From the NCBI GenBank assembly GCA_964016885.1, contig OZ024743.1:145638001-145702000 (forward strand): a stretch of 64,000 nt of DNA, written 5' to 3'. The notes beneath the pieces were generated by a model. That model did no database searches and was not told the origin of the DNA. It saw only the letters and a list, made by a program, of their open reading frames with translations. Position 1 is the first letter of the stretch. Every line of letters starts with the position of its first letter. The DNA comes from Eledone cirrhosa (lineage: Eukaryota). Made by a program: the position numbers and the translations under genes. Shown in pieces: positions 38,475-51,978 of this stretch.

Positions 38475-39916
38475 CATAGATATATACATACAAACATACA
38501 TACACATACACACACATATACACACACACATACATTAATAACAATAATAATAATAACGACAGTTTGTATCTCACCAGCCTTCTCACTCCACCACTGATCC
38601 TTCATCTGAGAAAGACTCCGCCTAACACGTGATTTTACATCCCTGAGCTCCTCATGCAACGTATTCCTCTCCTGTGGTTTTGCCGTCAAGTAGCGTGACA
38701 GAGCACGCCTCTTATCAGCCAACAAGTCTTCTATATGTACATCATTCTCATTAAACCAGTCCTGATGTTTTCTCTGCACCAATCCCAGAACACGCCTGCC
38801 CACATCATAAACCGACTTTTTAAGGGTCGGCCAATCCTCACCAAGATCTGCAGCCTGCATCTCTTCTTCCAATGTCCTCTTCAAATTTTTATCCTTAAGA
38901 CGAGCAGCATTCAATCTTTTGGGCAGGGTAACACCAGGAGCCCGGATTTTACGTTTGGTGATTAGTTTCACTTTTGCGCGTACCAGGCGGTGGTCCGTCC
39001 AGCACTTAGCTCCACGAAGAACACGAACACACTGCACATCCTGTCTGTCACGCATCCTGACTAGGACGTAGTCCAAAAGATGCCATTCCTTAGATGCAGG
39101 ATGCATCCATGTGGTCTTGAATTTGTTCTTTTGTTGGAACATGGTGTTGGTAACACACAGATCCAGCTCCTCACACATCTGCAGCAGGAGCATACCATTG
39201 CCGTTACACTTTCCCACCCCATGCCTTCCGATTACATTCCATGTGTTAAAATCCCTACCCACTCTAACATTAAAGTCACCAAGCACGATGACTTTGTCTG
39301 CCTAAGGGATATTTCTTAGAACACCTTTCAAGGCATGGTAAAAAGGACAGTTTTTCTTCATCGACAGAATTCATAGTTGGAGCATACACACTCACCAGGG
39401 TAGCATATCTTCCTTTGTCCAGCGGAACTCTCATGGACATAAGACGCTCACTAATCCCTACTGGGAATTCTTCTAATTTATTCACAAGTACAGTCTTAAC
39501 AGCAAATCCTACCCCAGCCTCTCTTCTGGTTCCTTCATCTCTTCCTTTCCAGAAGAATGTATATTCTCCACAAAATTCCGTAAGATGACCATCCCCAGCT
39601 AACCTCGTCTCAGATAAAGCCACGATGTCAAGATCGTAACGTCGAAGCTCCTTTGCAACAAGAGCGGTCCTTCGTTCAGGACGCTCCAAGGAATCCCTGT
39701 CAAGCAGCGTCCGTACGTTCCAGCAGCCAAGACTAAATGCCTTGTTTGGCTCTATTACAATGGCACGATGACGAGCGGGCCCAGGCTGTGATAACTTGGG
39801 GCCCCTGCCCTTATTGCCAATGACCTTTTTTGTTCCAGAACCTAAATTGCCAATTATCTCTTTTACATTGTTCTGGAACATCATTGAATTGGGAAAAAAA
39901 AAAAAAAGTAATAATA

Positions 39917-39947
<31 letters not shown>

Positions 39948-40252
39948 TAGTACACTATTAATAATTATTAATGCACTCGTGCAATGCCTGTGCGTGACGA
40001 ATATTTTTAAAGTGAGGAAAGACTGTGCACTGAGCCAATCCCACTCTCTGAACGACAGTAGCTATAACCCGAAAAGAAGAAAAGGTTAAGATCATCGGTA
40101 GCTACTGAGCCGCAGGTTTTATATCGGAGTTAACCCAGTTTCCTGAGATGCCTTCTCCTAGAAGAATGCCCTGACAAGGGCTAGGGGTCCTTCACTCCCA
40201 GTGGTTTAACTGCGCGATCGGGCATCCAGCCCGATTATTTCTATGTCCCCAC
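38329..40252 (-). mobile_element. RTE LINE with 5' UTR, APE endonuclease region (38560-39884) and 3' tail, but no RT
   Basis: LGCWNVRTLLDR, DIVALSETR, VSVYAPT, LGDFNVRVG, WMHP..WHLLDYV and WTDHRLV. UTR and tail match segment Z. Confidence 0.88.
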
Positions 40253-40265
40253 GCAAAAAAAAAAA

Positions 40266-41195
40266 ACTCTGGTACAAACACTACACTTGTGACAATTATT
40301 GACACACAGTGCAGGGCCCATGGTACCATGTGATGACAAGTGCAGAGAGATCTCCAGATATAAAGCAATGCCTGTGCCGTGAAGCTTTTATAGTGAGCAA
40401 AGGCACTGCACAAAGCCAGTCCCACTCTCTTAACCAAGATGATATTTACCAAAAAGAAGAACAAGTCAACATCATTGGATACTATCAGGGTTGCAGGTGT
40501 TATATCAGAGTTTTCCTTCTCCTAGAATTCTGCCTTGACAAAGGCTAAGAGGTCATCTCTCCCGGTGATTGACATACATACATACATGGTGGCTGCCAAC
40601 TCGTTTTCGAGTACGGCCACTACTTTATATCCATGTAGGAGAACCCCTACCGATGCGCTGAACGAATGTGACTTTTTAGTCCAGCCAGCGACTTGAAAAC
40701 TCTGGTACAAAGACTACACTTGTGACCATTATTGACACATAGTGCAGGGCCCATGGTACCATGTGATGACAAGTGCAGAGAGATCTCCAGATATAAAGCA
40801 ATGCCTGTGCTGTGAAGCTTTTATAGTGAGCAAAGGCACTGCACAAAGCCAGTCCCACTCTCTTAACCAAGATGATATTTACCAAAAAGAAGAACAAGTC
40901 AACATCATTGGATACCATCAGGGTTGCAGGTGTTATATCAGAGTTTTCCTTCTCCTAGAATTCTGCCTTGACAAAGGCTAAGGGGTCATCTCTCCCAGTG
41001 ATTTTGGATGGCTATTGACTCTTAAGAGCTCCCTTGCCCTTTGACAGGTTTTGTTTTTAGTCCTGCAGGATGTCCAAAGTCACCCTCCTCACCAAGAAAC
41101 CTTGGTGGGGTTGCCAGTTTAGTCGCCAACGACCCGACCATGAGACAGGTTGTACTGGGATACATGTTACCAGTAGCACCAACTGGTGACCTGAC
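40266..41195 (-). mobile_element. X copy plus complete Y+X copy
   Basis: Direct repeats of 37091-37698. Confidence 0.82.
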
Positions 41196-41348
41196 ATACA
41201 TACATACATACATACATACATACATACTTGAGGATTGCAGCGTGTTCACAGACGATTCCCGTCTCTTATTGATTCTTCGTTATCATCCCATCTGCGTCCA
41301 TGACTTCATAGATGACCTTTCGTAGGCCAGCTGTAGATCTGCTATACA

Positions 41349-41434
<86 letters not shown>

Positions 41435-41455
41435 TGTGCGCGTGTGTGTGTGTGC

Positions 41456-41504
<49 letters not shown>

Positions 41505-41720
41505 CGCGTGTGTGTGTGTGCTTGTGTGTATGCGTGTGTGTATGCGTGTGTGTGGTGTGTATGTGTGTGTTTTCTCTACATGCACGGATTTCTATTCAGC
41601 CTGTTTCGCACTCACTAACTCCTAGTAACACATAAAGTAAACATCTTATTCGTCTCTGAAACACAAATTTCTATATCTAACCCTGTTCTGCTGTGACTAA
41701 TAAACTTTTTCAGTACAATG

Positions 41721-43800
41721 TCTTCTTCTTCTTCTTCTTCTTCTTCTTCTTCTTCTTCTTCTTCTTCTTCTTGGGAGGGTAGGGGGGGGTCCTCAAACAC
41801 TCCTTCCAGCCGTCTCCAACTGATCTAGCTGGGACCCCAAGCGAGACAAGCCAAGCTCATGGATGTTATCTAACCATCTTGCTCAAGGGTCTCCTGCCGG
41901 TTGGTTATGCTCGTATAATCTCTCCAGCGATTCTTTCCTGAGACATTCTAACCACATGCCCATAGTATCAGAGCTGTGATCTCTCAATTCGGAGAAGTAA
42001 CGGCTCTACCTGAAGTGACTCTCTGATCTCCGAGCTACGCACTCGATCGAGGAACGTTACTCCAAAGACCTTTCAGAGGAACCCCATTTCCATCGCTTAT
42101 ATTAGTGATCATATTCTTTCGGTCATTACCCAAGATTCATGACCTTTGGTAAGGATTGGCACGAATACTGAATTCGAGTTAGTGCGTTTGGATTTTACGC
42201 TACCATTGTGAATATTTGGTCGGTTATGCTGTGTCTGGGGCGAAAACCACACTGTTCGTCAGCTAACTTGGACTTGACAATCTCCCTACATATCTTTGCC
42301 AGACACTTAGTATAGACTTTACTGGTGAGGTTTAACAAGGAGATCCTTCTCTAATTAGAACAATCTCTCTTGTCTCCATTTTTGAAGAATGGGATTATTA
42401 CTCTTGATTGCTATTGCTTAGGTGTCTTTCAAGAAATCCAGGCCACCCGGCACATAGGAGTCAGGTAGAGTATAACTTCTCTATCTAAGGCTTTTAACAT
42501 CTCGGAGCGGATTTCATCTTCCCCAGCAGCCTTGCTACATTTGCGTTCTTTAACTGCTCTTGTGACTCCAATCTCTGATAGATTAGTCATTGCTCCCAGA
42601 TGCACCTCGTGTACATCCAAAGATGCTGTTGTGATCGGGTTTATGTCAGCATGTAATCTCTCCACCTCGCGAAGATGCACCTCTCTGAAATGAAGAGAAC
42701 CCCAGACGCGTTCCTGATAGCAACTGTGGAGGTGGACTTCTTATTATGAAGTCACTTTATTTACTGATCTGAAGTCGGATTCCAGCTTAACGCCAAAGTT
42801 CTCCCATGTCTTAACTTTGGATGCCTTTACTATCTTTACTGTGATTCTGCGCATCTGCTTGTACCGCAAGTGCAGGAAGGAGGACTTATTTCCAAGCCAA
42901 GCTTTGTAAGCCTTCTTCTTTGCTCGGATGAGATGATGGACCTTTTTATTGAACCAAGGGGTCCTCCTACCACACCAAGCCTCTTTCACCCTCAACATTT
43001 AACAACTGAAGCAGAAACTGCTGCACTGAACAATCTCCACTCTGTCTCAACATCCTCAGTTTTCTCAGGGAGTTTTCTTAATTTGGATGCAATAGTATCT
43101 GCATACCTGGTCCTGACTTCCTTATAATAACAAAATCAATTATTGATCTGCGTCCCTGAATCCCCTGATTCCCCTTATACCACGTATATTTATGGATGTA
43201 TCTGTGCTGGAAGAAGGTATTCATAATAGAGAGTCCATTGCTAGAACAGAAGTCTAGTTAGGCCTCTCCGTTCGTATTTAGGTCGGGGTCCCTATTCCTT
43301 CCAATCACTCCTTTCCGTGTCAGGTGGTCAGTGCATTGAATTTCTCATCAGGATATACAACTAATGCTGCAGTGACTTCATCAAAGAAGGACCTGTATTC
43401 GGACTCCTTGTTTGGTGCACAAGCTTGCACCACCCACAGAGACCTATCTTTCAGCCTAAGATTCAAGAGGCAAATTTTCCCTCCTAATGAAATCTAGTCC
43501 ATAACGCATTCTGACAGCCGGGGGCTTGTGAGTATCCCCACTCCAGCCTGTGCGCTCATTTTTGGCACCACACCTGAACAGTGGAGTTTCCTTCCTCCAT
43601 CCAAATCTACAGTATCAGAGCCACGGAACTTTGTTGAAGAAACCCCGACTATATCTAGCCAGTAGCATCTCGGCTCTTCCACTAGTTCCTGCTCCTTACC
43701 TGTAAGGGTTGTGATATTCCAGGTTCCAACTGTTAAGGTTTGCTCCCTTACGAACCCTCGGAATACGCAAACTTTTTGCGTCCATCCCACGCCGGGCTAC
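41721..43800 (-). mobile_element. Decayed, internally deleted RTE (Expander/Rex3-like) LINE with (GAA)n tail
   Basis: LTVGTWNITTLTGKEQELVEE, AQAGVGILTSPRL, RRTPWFN and KAAGEDEIRSEMLKALD. Confidence 0.87.
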
Positions 43801-44911
43801 ATATTGTGACTTTGCTCTAAATTATGGTGTAGCTCCTCAAATCTCTTTTATATTTCACGAATAATATTTCTCCCTCCCTTTTCCTCTGCTGTGCCTCATT
43901 GAGGACATCTTCCTCACTTCTCTCTTTGAAGAAGTTGTTCGCAAACCTATGATCAAAAGTATTCCAGCTGTGATCATCCCGTCCTTTCTTATGCGCTTCC
44001 TACATATTGTCATATTTTCTAATGTGTCCTTTTCTAAGACGGTTGGGTATGAATCTTAGGGAGATTTAGCTGCTATTTCTAGCTAGCCAAAATACCATAT
44101 AGAGGCTGCTTCATTGTCTAATCTCTCTGAAGCCGTCATCCTTGGTGACTTCATTGTCTTCAACTCCTCGTGACTCTCTTATTCTCCCGTAACTTCACTG
44201 CAGCAATATCAGCAAAGAATTTAGCCTACAACACAGAGCAATTATCACAAACTAGGAGACGTTTACATACCACCACAATGACTCTAAAACCACCATTAAA
44301 GAAATCAAAAATTGTTATTACATTGTACAGCCTGCAAGAGCTCCTGCCTCTTAAAATTGCAATTGAGAATTTTGATCCCTTGCCAAGAAAGTCACTATTT
44401 AATTTGCAGTATTCTTGCTAAGATGGTCGCTACTGGTTTGACAGAATTCTACAACCCACTTCAGTTGAAGATGCAACTAACTACATTTTCTGCTTACCTC
44501 ATCACAATACACGCACTCAACAAACTTACTCTCCCCACATTCCAGTCTCATCAACACGTACACACAGAAAACTTGTCCCATAGCTCCAACTCAACAAAAT
44601 GATGACTCGCGGTGATATCACATCCACCATCTTCAATGATTGCGCTTTAGAATTAGCTCTATTTCCCATATTTTAAATTTCTGTTTCTAAAGGAATCTAT
44701 TACAACATTTATAACAACGACTCTTTATATCTATCTATTTTCTTCTCTCTCTCCCTCTCTATCTCCCCCCCCCTCTCTCTCCCTCTCTCTCTCTCAAAGA
44801 TATATATATATATATATAGGAAAATGTTTAACCCGGACGGCTGAGCTCAAGCCGTTTCGACGGCTATATATATATATATATATATATCTTTGTCTCTCTC
44901 TTTTTCTCTTT

Positions 44912-45165
44912 CATCATCATCATCACTCGTCGACTACTGTCGAGATGATGGATCTCACTCTCATGCCCCAGAATTCCCTGTCCCCCATCGCTGCCCCCAG
45001 GTCTTGTCTGCTGATTCCCGTATCCCTAGAGATAACGTCAGGGAATGACAGCTTCCTACTCCTAGTCAGGCTGGAGTCAGGGTTCCAGAGCAAGAGAGCG
45101 GATATGATTGATTTCATTGCTGGCACGGTGACAGTGGCCAGCAAATTGAGCTCTCCGGGATTTTA
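44912..45165 (-). mobile_element. LINE (probably RTE group) 3' end with (GAT)n tail
   Basis: ISALLLWNP...FPDVISRDTG..DLGAAMGDREFW, then a stop and TGATGATGA. Confidence 0.7.
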
Positions 45166-45700
45166 GAACTGTATGGTTTCTTTAGAGATATATATCCCAG
45201 AGACTTTATTTTATATGTCACGAACCAGTGATCATTCCTTGATAAATTCGACAAAATTAATGAATAAGGTGCTATTACTTTTAACAACACACACTTGATA
45301 TAATACTGTAACAACCTAAACACCCAAACCCAACGAGGAGAATGGATATTTCTTTCAACAGCACAAAGACAGTCGCTACGCATATCAAGGTATGGGTGCA
45401 ATTGGAATATCTTTAGTACGCTGGATGAATACTGACCTGTTACAAAACAGAAACAATGAGAGCAATAGTTGGTAACGTCAAAGAAGATGGTTTTCTTGAG
45501 TGTGGTGCTCACTGCAGCGTGTTTCCAAACGTGTATGCCTTTCAGTATAGATCTACGTGATCGAGATTCAGATGGATCAAAACAATAATGCAAATAAAAC
45601 AAATATCAAGAATTGTGGATGAAGAGTCGGAGTTTGAACCTAGCTCCATCTGTGCATTGTAATGTCGAATGAAGTAGTTCAACCACATATATATATATAA

Positions 45701-45743
<43 letters not shown>

Positions 45744-46065
45744 CGCGCATGAACACGCATGTTTTCTGTTTAATAGCAGAGTCTAAGGTCACGGTTTTTT
45801 CACTTAAAACATGCTGTAATGCCTTAGTTTTACTGTTTAAGTGACATGAATTAATCGCTAAAGTTACCTTAGAATTATATATATGTGGGGGGTGGGTGTA
45901 TGTGTGGGTGTGGGTGTGTGTACGTATAGTATATATTGATAATATACTGTATGTTTATTTATTTTTTTATGTTTTTAAATAAACATCGTATATTATCAAA
46001 TATACTATACGTACATTCATACATACATCGCTATTTCAGGGAAACAATACTAATATATATATATA

Positions 46066-46129
<64 letters not shown>

Positions 46130-46282
46130 GGAATAGAATGAAAGGAAATTTCATTTCTCACTCTTAGTACGGCAGCTACTTAAATGTAAGTATGTATGTA
46201 TGTACACGTACATACATATATGTATACAGACGTACAGTAGTATGTGTATATATACATACATGCACACACATATATATGCACG

Positions 46283-46731
46283 TATCGGTTTACCGAACAT
46301 TTATTATAATGCTCGGTTTGTTTCTAAACAAACAAACAGCCCGAATTACGCCGTACAGTGTTTAGGCAACCACGTCACCTTTTTGTTCAACACTGACAGA
46401 GGAACGATGGACGGCCGTTTCGTTTTAAGATTTCTACAATTTGGGATAAATAAATTCCAGGTTATGTAGAAACTTGTATATAATCCACAGTTTTATACAC
46501 AAGCGGGCTCTTCACTTTTCTGTTAATGTCGATATAATTCTTATATCGTTATTGACTGGGCATCCACTGATGAGTTTATAAGAGCCCGCTTGTGTATAAA
46601 ACTGTGGATTATATACAAGTTTCTACATAACCTGGAATTTATTTATCCCAAATTGTAGAAATCTTATAACGAAACGGCCGTCCATCGTTCCTCTGTCAGG
46701 TGATGTGGTTGCCTAAACACTGTACGGCGTA
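46283..46731. mobile_element. Fold-back element (arms of about 155-165 bp, 46347-46512 / 46580-46731) with hammerhead core motifs
   Basis: Near-perfect inverted repeat; CTGATGA at 46567 and GAAACGGCCGTC at 46671. Confidence 0.8.
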
Positions 46732-46769
46732 GTCCCTCTTACAGCTCTCTTTTCCTAAAATTAATACCT

Positions 46770-47110
46770 AAAAGTATACATATAAATTAATTTAATTTCC
46801 TGTTATGAATCTAGATTCCTTGTAGTCTATATAAGATTGGTATTTCTCACTACTACACTTATCCCAAAATTTTATTTTCCTTCGTTTTTAACAACATTCT
46901 TTAATAACATCTAATTCTTATTTATCACATCTATATGAATTAATATAAATGTATCCCTATAAGTATACCTATCAATTAATTTAATTTCTTGTTATAGATC
47001 TAAATTCCTTGTGTTTTAAATAAGATTCGTATTTCTCACTAATACCTTTACCCTAAAATTTTACTCTCTTTCGGTTTTAACATTAACATTATTCTTTAAT
47101 AACATCAAAT
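46770..47110. repeat. Diverged ~180-bp tandem duplication
   Basis: AATTAATTTAATTTC..TGTTAT..ATCTA.ATTCCTTGT..TAAGATT.GTATTTCTCACT occurs twice. Confidence 0.75.
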
Positions 47111-47327
47111 TTTCGTGTACCCTTCACCGGCTTGACCTCTTTTCATCCCCAAAGTATTCTTTTCATTCAAAGTATTGTTTCCATTCAAAACATAAGTCTG
47201 CATTCCTCTACCCCTAAATTAAATTTCTACTACTACTATTCTATCAACTTGACCTCTTACTACTTTTCTATTGGTCAATTCAAAACCTGTTCCCAAACAG
47301 ACCTATTATATTAAATCTTTGTTGGGT

Positions 47328-47368
<41 letters not shown>

Positions 47369-47619
47369 TATTCTACTGAATTAGGGTAGGACTTATAACG
47401 CTATTAGAAATATGATTATCTCATCGAAGCAAAGCGAAATTGGTTTTTGTGGAAGAGTGGTATCGTTGAATATTTAAAAAAAATACTAGTCAGATATATA
47501 ATGTTGAACAATGAAAGCAAAAAGACGAAGTTATTACTTAATTAATCCATTGTTTTATAAACCATCTTTTGTGTTTATACAGATACACACAAAACCGCGC
47601 TCGCCCCCCCCCCCCCTCC

Positions 47620-47665
<46 letters not shown>

Positions 47666-48769
47666 TAGCTACATAATACTTAGTTTTTTCAACTGCGTAA
47701 TATGCTTCATCTATTATATCAGTTTGTAAAATTGAAAATGAGAACCGTGATTTGAAGTCTATTCCTAGTAGCTGTCTTTTGGCAGAGCAGGTGACGCTTA
47801 CCATTGGTATATTTCTGGGTTGCTTCTCTATGAATAAACGATGGAATAAGATACCTCTTGCATAAGCTGTTTACACAAAATTACGTTGGGGAAAAAAAAC
47901 AACATTGTTTGTTTATTTATTTGTTTGTAATTATATTCATGAATCCAGTGAGGTGCTCGGAAGAGGTAAGCAAATAGTATAGTATAACATAGTTTATTAC
48001 GATCTTATACATGACGGAAAACTAGCGATTAAGAATTTGTATGAGAAAACTAATCTAGTCTAAATGAAATTTGAAGATATTTAATATATTCCGTATGTTA
48101 GTTATTAGTTTCCAAAACGTCATTTTCCTATTACTAAATTATTTGTACTATTTTAACAGTACAGTAAGTCTATGTGTGTAGTATTCATAAAAGTGTAGTA
48201 TTCGCCCGGCAGTTGTATATATGGACATAGTTGTATATATAGTTATGTAGTCAAAAAGTCCGCTTAACAATTACGTGGTTTCAAGTTCGATCCCACTATG
48301 CAGCACTTTTGACAAGTGTCTTCTGCAATAGCTATGAGTTAACCAAAGCCTTGAGACTAAAATTTGGTGGGCAGAAACTGTGTGAAAGCCTGTCAGAGGA
48401 ACGTTCCTACTCTTGTAGGATTAATACATCAAACTACTTAACATCACCTTATAGCCATCTGGGAGTGCCTTATGCAAAGTACTTTGGACTAAGTTTCTAG
48501 TGGTAGGATGACACCCCCACACCACACACCCCTTCCCACTCTTAGTCTGAAGACTTTGAGAAAGGTCATGAGTGAAACCATTCCTCTTCTGAGTAAACGA
48601 TATAAAAATGCATTTATACAAATTTACCTAACAACTATTTTATCGTAATTTGTAATCATATTTCCATTTTTTCCTAATTCTTTCGAGATCTAGAGATTTT
48701 CATACGCTCTTTTTATCGCAGTGGCAAAGTTTTGTTATTATGCATCCAATAAATTATACTATTACGGTT

Positions 48770-49215
48770 TGGTCCCTTCCTGACCCTCTTTGGGGTCTCA
48801 GGATACGCAATCTTTGTGCGTCTATCCCACGCCTCCCGGGACAGGTCGCAGGCCCATCGCTAGTTTTTGCAGCCTGAAATGTAGACTGCAATATATTTTT
48901 CGAACAGGCCCCTCTACGTAAGACCTGAACAGGTCCCTTGTTAACCCGCGCGAAGGATGATGCGGTATGGTTCTTTTTTGTTTTTCTCATCATATTGCAG
49001 TTTCAATTTCAGTGGTCTTATTCGTGCCAGTCACTAATCTGGTACTTTGTCAAACCAGCCTTTTTTTTATAGGCGGCTTTTACTCGCCTCGTCATACCTA
49101 CATCACTGGGTTGTGAGAGTTTTCTTGGGAGCTACAGGTGTTAACCATTGCTCCATCTCTCCTAGTAGTTTACCGTTGTTGGTCCGGGGTTGCTTATTCG
49201 TCCGGAAGTTGCCTG
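48770..49215 (-). mobile_element. RTE 5' UTR-like fragment related to the 43.8-kb element
   Basis: GATACGCAATCTTTGTGCGTCTATCCCACGCC resembles 43760-43793. Confidence 0.55.
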
Positions 49216-50161
49216 CTTATTTTATCGACCCCGTAAGGATGAAAGACAAGGCTAACCTCGGTGGGATTTGAACTCAGGAAGATAAAGATTAAGAGGAGGA
49301 AAGATTACAGGTGAAAGAAGAGTTGGAGATTATCTCCGATACGATTTGTTACACAGATAAAAATATGTTGGACATACTAAGTGGGGACGGTAAGAATATA
49401 TGCCAAGAGGCAATAGCAAGATAAAATCGCCTTATAGAAGACGGAGGGAGTAGAAGTCTTTGAGGAATAGGTGGATTTAGATAAATAAAAAAGAAAGGCA
49501 TATTTGAAAATGTTGTATGATGATGTTCAGAAACGCCTCTATCAGCTGGCGAGAATCGAGAGAAAAAGGAAAGGAGAATGTCCAAAGGGAAGTATTGAAG
49601 GAGGTTTACTAAAATTCCTTATACGTATGTGAATGCTCTCTCCCAGGAGAGTAGAAATGGTGAATTGACATATAGCAAAGATAAACTGACGACTCGCTTG
49701 CACAATACGTATAGTGATAATATTCAAGACACCGCTTTGACACAAATGAATGTAATTCAAAGTCTGGTAAAAACCTGATTTTAGAATCAGGTTTTTCTCC
49801 AGAACTTCGAATTAAAGAATTCGCGAACTTCATAAAAAAAGTAAGATCGAAGAGCGCGTCAAGCTTGAATGGCGAGGGATGGTCTATTTTGGAAGTCAAT
49901 TTTGGAAGATCCTGCACAGACTAGGCAATTTGACAATCTGGGCAAGAATGCGTTTCAAAGCAAAGAATTAACGTAGTGTGATCCTCGTCAAAGAGGAGTA
50001 GAAATAAGGGAAGTATGAAATTTCAAGACAAGTCATGCCTAAAATGTGTTTCTGAATCACATATATATGTTTATATATATTAATATATGTGAAATTTCAA
50101 GACACGTCATGCAGAAATGCTTGTGAAGTGCCTGGGGAGACTGTATTATGTGTCATTATTT

Positions 50162-50345
50162 TGGATTGGCAGTATCGGTAGAGGGTCGGACGCCATGCTT
50201 TCCAGCATAGTTACGTCCCTTTACGATCTGAGTTCAAATCCCGCCGAGGTTGACTTTGCCTTTCATCCTTACGGGGTCGATAAAATAAAGTACCAGTAAT
50301 GCACTGAGTAATTGCTGGCCTTGTGCCTAAAGTAGAAACAATTAT
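50162..50345 (+). mobile_element. Young tRNA-derived SINE
   Basis: Near-identical to the reverse complement of 1958-2140. Confidence 0.9.
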
Positions 50346-50846
50346 TTTAAATTATGGAAGCAAATACAATGTTTATGTATAATAAACATACATAGTCTCA
50401 CTGTAAGTATTTTAAGCTGTGAACATATCATAATAATGTGATCATGCCAAATACATCTATTTTAGGATCATTAAACCATCATGAGTGACTCTCACTTGGT
50501 ATTTAGGTATATAATTTATCGGTTCTTATATAGAGATTTTGCAAATAATACAGGATTGATGATGGCCTATTTACATAGAATACTAGCTTGACGGCTAGTA
50601 TTAATTAACAATCGCCCTAACACTGTAGGATTCAGAATACAGGCATCTATAGAAGAAAATACAATATGTTTATGCATAATAAACATACGTAGTCATACTG
50701 TGAGTATTGTAAGCTGTGATCACATCGCAGCTACTTTGGCAACTGTGTGGGAGTACCAAATAATTATGATATATAAAACCAATCGTCCATCAAACCTACT
50801 TACACAGACACACACGCACACAAAGACACACATGCCTGCACACACA

Positions 50847-50882
<36 letters not shown>

Positions 50883-51069
50883 CACAGAAATCATAATATT
50901 CTCCAGTAGCTGGTTGACTATATAGGGATTTATCCGTGTTTTCTCTGTTGTCCTTCTTGTGTGTGCTGTTATCACATATACATGTTTCTATACATTAATA
51001 TATAGAGATAATAAATACAAAAACCAAAATTCAAAGATGGTTCGATAAAGGTTATATATATGTGTCTGT

Positions 51070-51219
<150 letters not shown>

Positions 51220-51419
51220 CGAAACCCGCAGAGCAAATATTTATTAATAGTACAGATTAAAAGTTTAAGCAAAAGGGTTCTGCTTTCACCCTAAGCAATC
51301 TCATCTGAAACTGAGAAAATTCAATCTGTGGACGCAGAAATAAATATTTCAAAAAGTTAACGACCAAATAATGCCTTTAGAAAACTGGAAAACATAACGG
51401 CAGGGCGTGAGGACGTTCT

Positions 51420-51978
51420 CTTGAGATAAGCTAAAAGTATGCAAAGAGAATTACGTCATTCGGTATTCGTGCCAACTCTTCCCTATGGTCATAAATCTTG
51501 GGTAATGGCCGAAAGAATACAATCGCGAATACAAGCGGCCGAAATGGGGCTCCTGCGAAGGGTCTTTGGAGTAACGTTACTCGATAGAATGCGTAGCTCG
51601 GAGAACAAAGAGACACTCCAGGTAGAGCCGCTTCTTCTCCGACTTGAAAGATCACAGTTTAGATACTATGAGTATGTGGTTAGAATGTCTCACCATATGG
51701 TTAGAATCGCTGGACAGATTATACGGGCATAACCAACCGTTAGGAGACCCAGGGGTAGACCTCGAGCAAAGGTAGTTGGATAACATCGATGAGCTTGGTT
51801 TGTCTCGCTTGGGGACCCAACTGGATCAGTTGGAGGCAGTTGCTTCTGACAGGACCCACTGGAAGGAGTGTTTGAGGACTTTTCCTCCACGACCCTCTCA
51901 GGAAGAAGGAGGAGGAGGGGGGAGAAGAAGAAGAAGAAGAAGAAGAAGAAGAAGAAGAAGAAGAAGAAGAAGAAGAAG
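51420..51978 (+). mobile_element. RTE LINE 3' fragment with (GAA)n tail
   Basis: FVPTLPYGHKSWVM..SRIQAAEMGLLRRV..LLDRMRS and RPRGRPR. Confidence 0.88.

Noticed and set aside
45457-45560. PAN/Apple-like peptide FLECGAHCSVFPNVYAFQY and a 28-nt micro-exon at 45362-45389
   Set aside because: Immediate stop codon, missing cysteines and no convincing exon chain; the resemblance may be chance.
49290-50030. Possible host exons in short minus-strand ORFs
   Set aside because: No splice-bounded frame. Composition suggests a very old LINE relic, like 44130-44710, too decayed to call.
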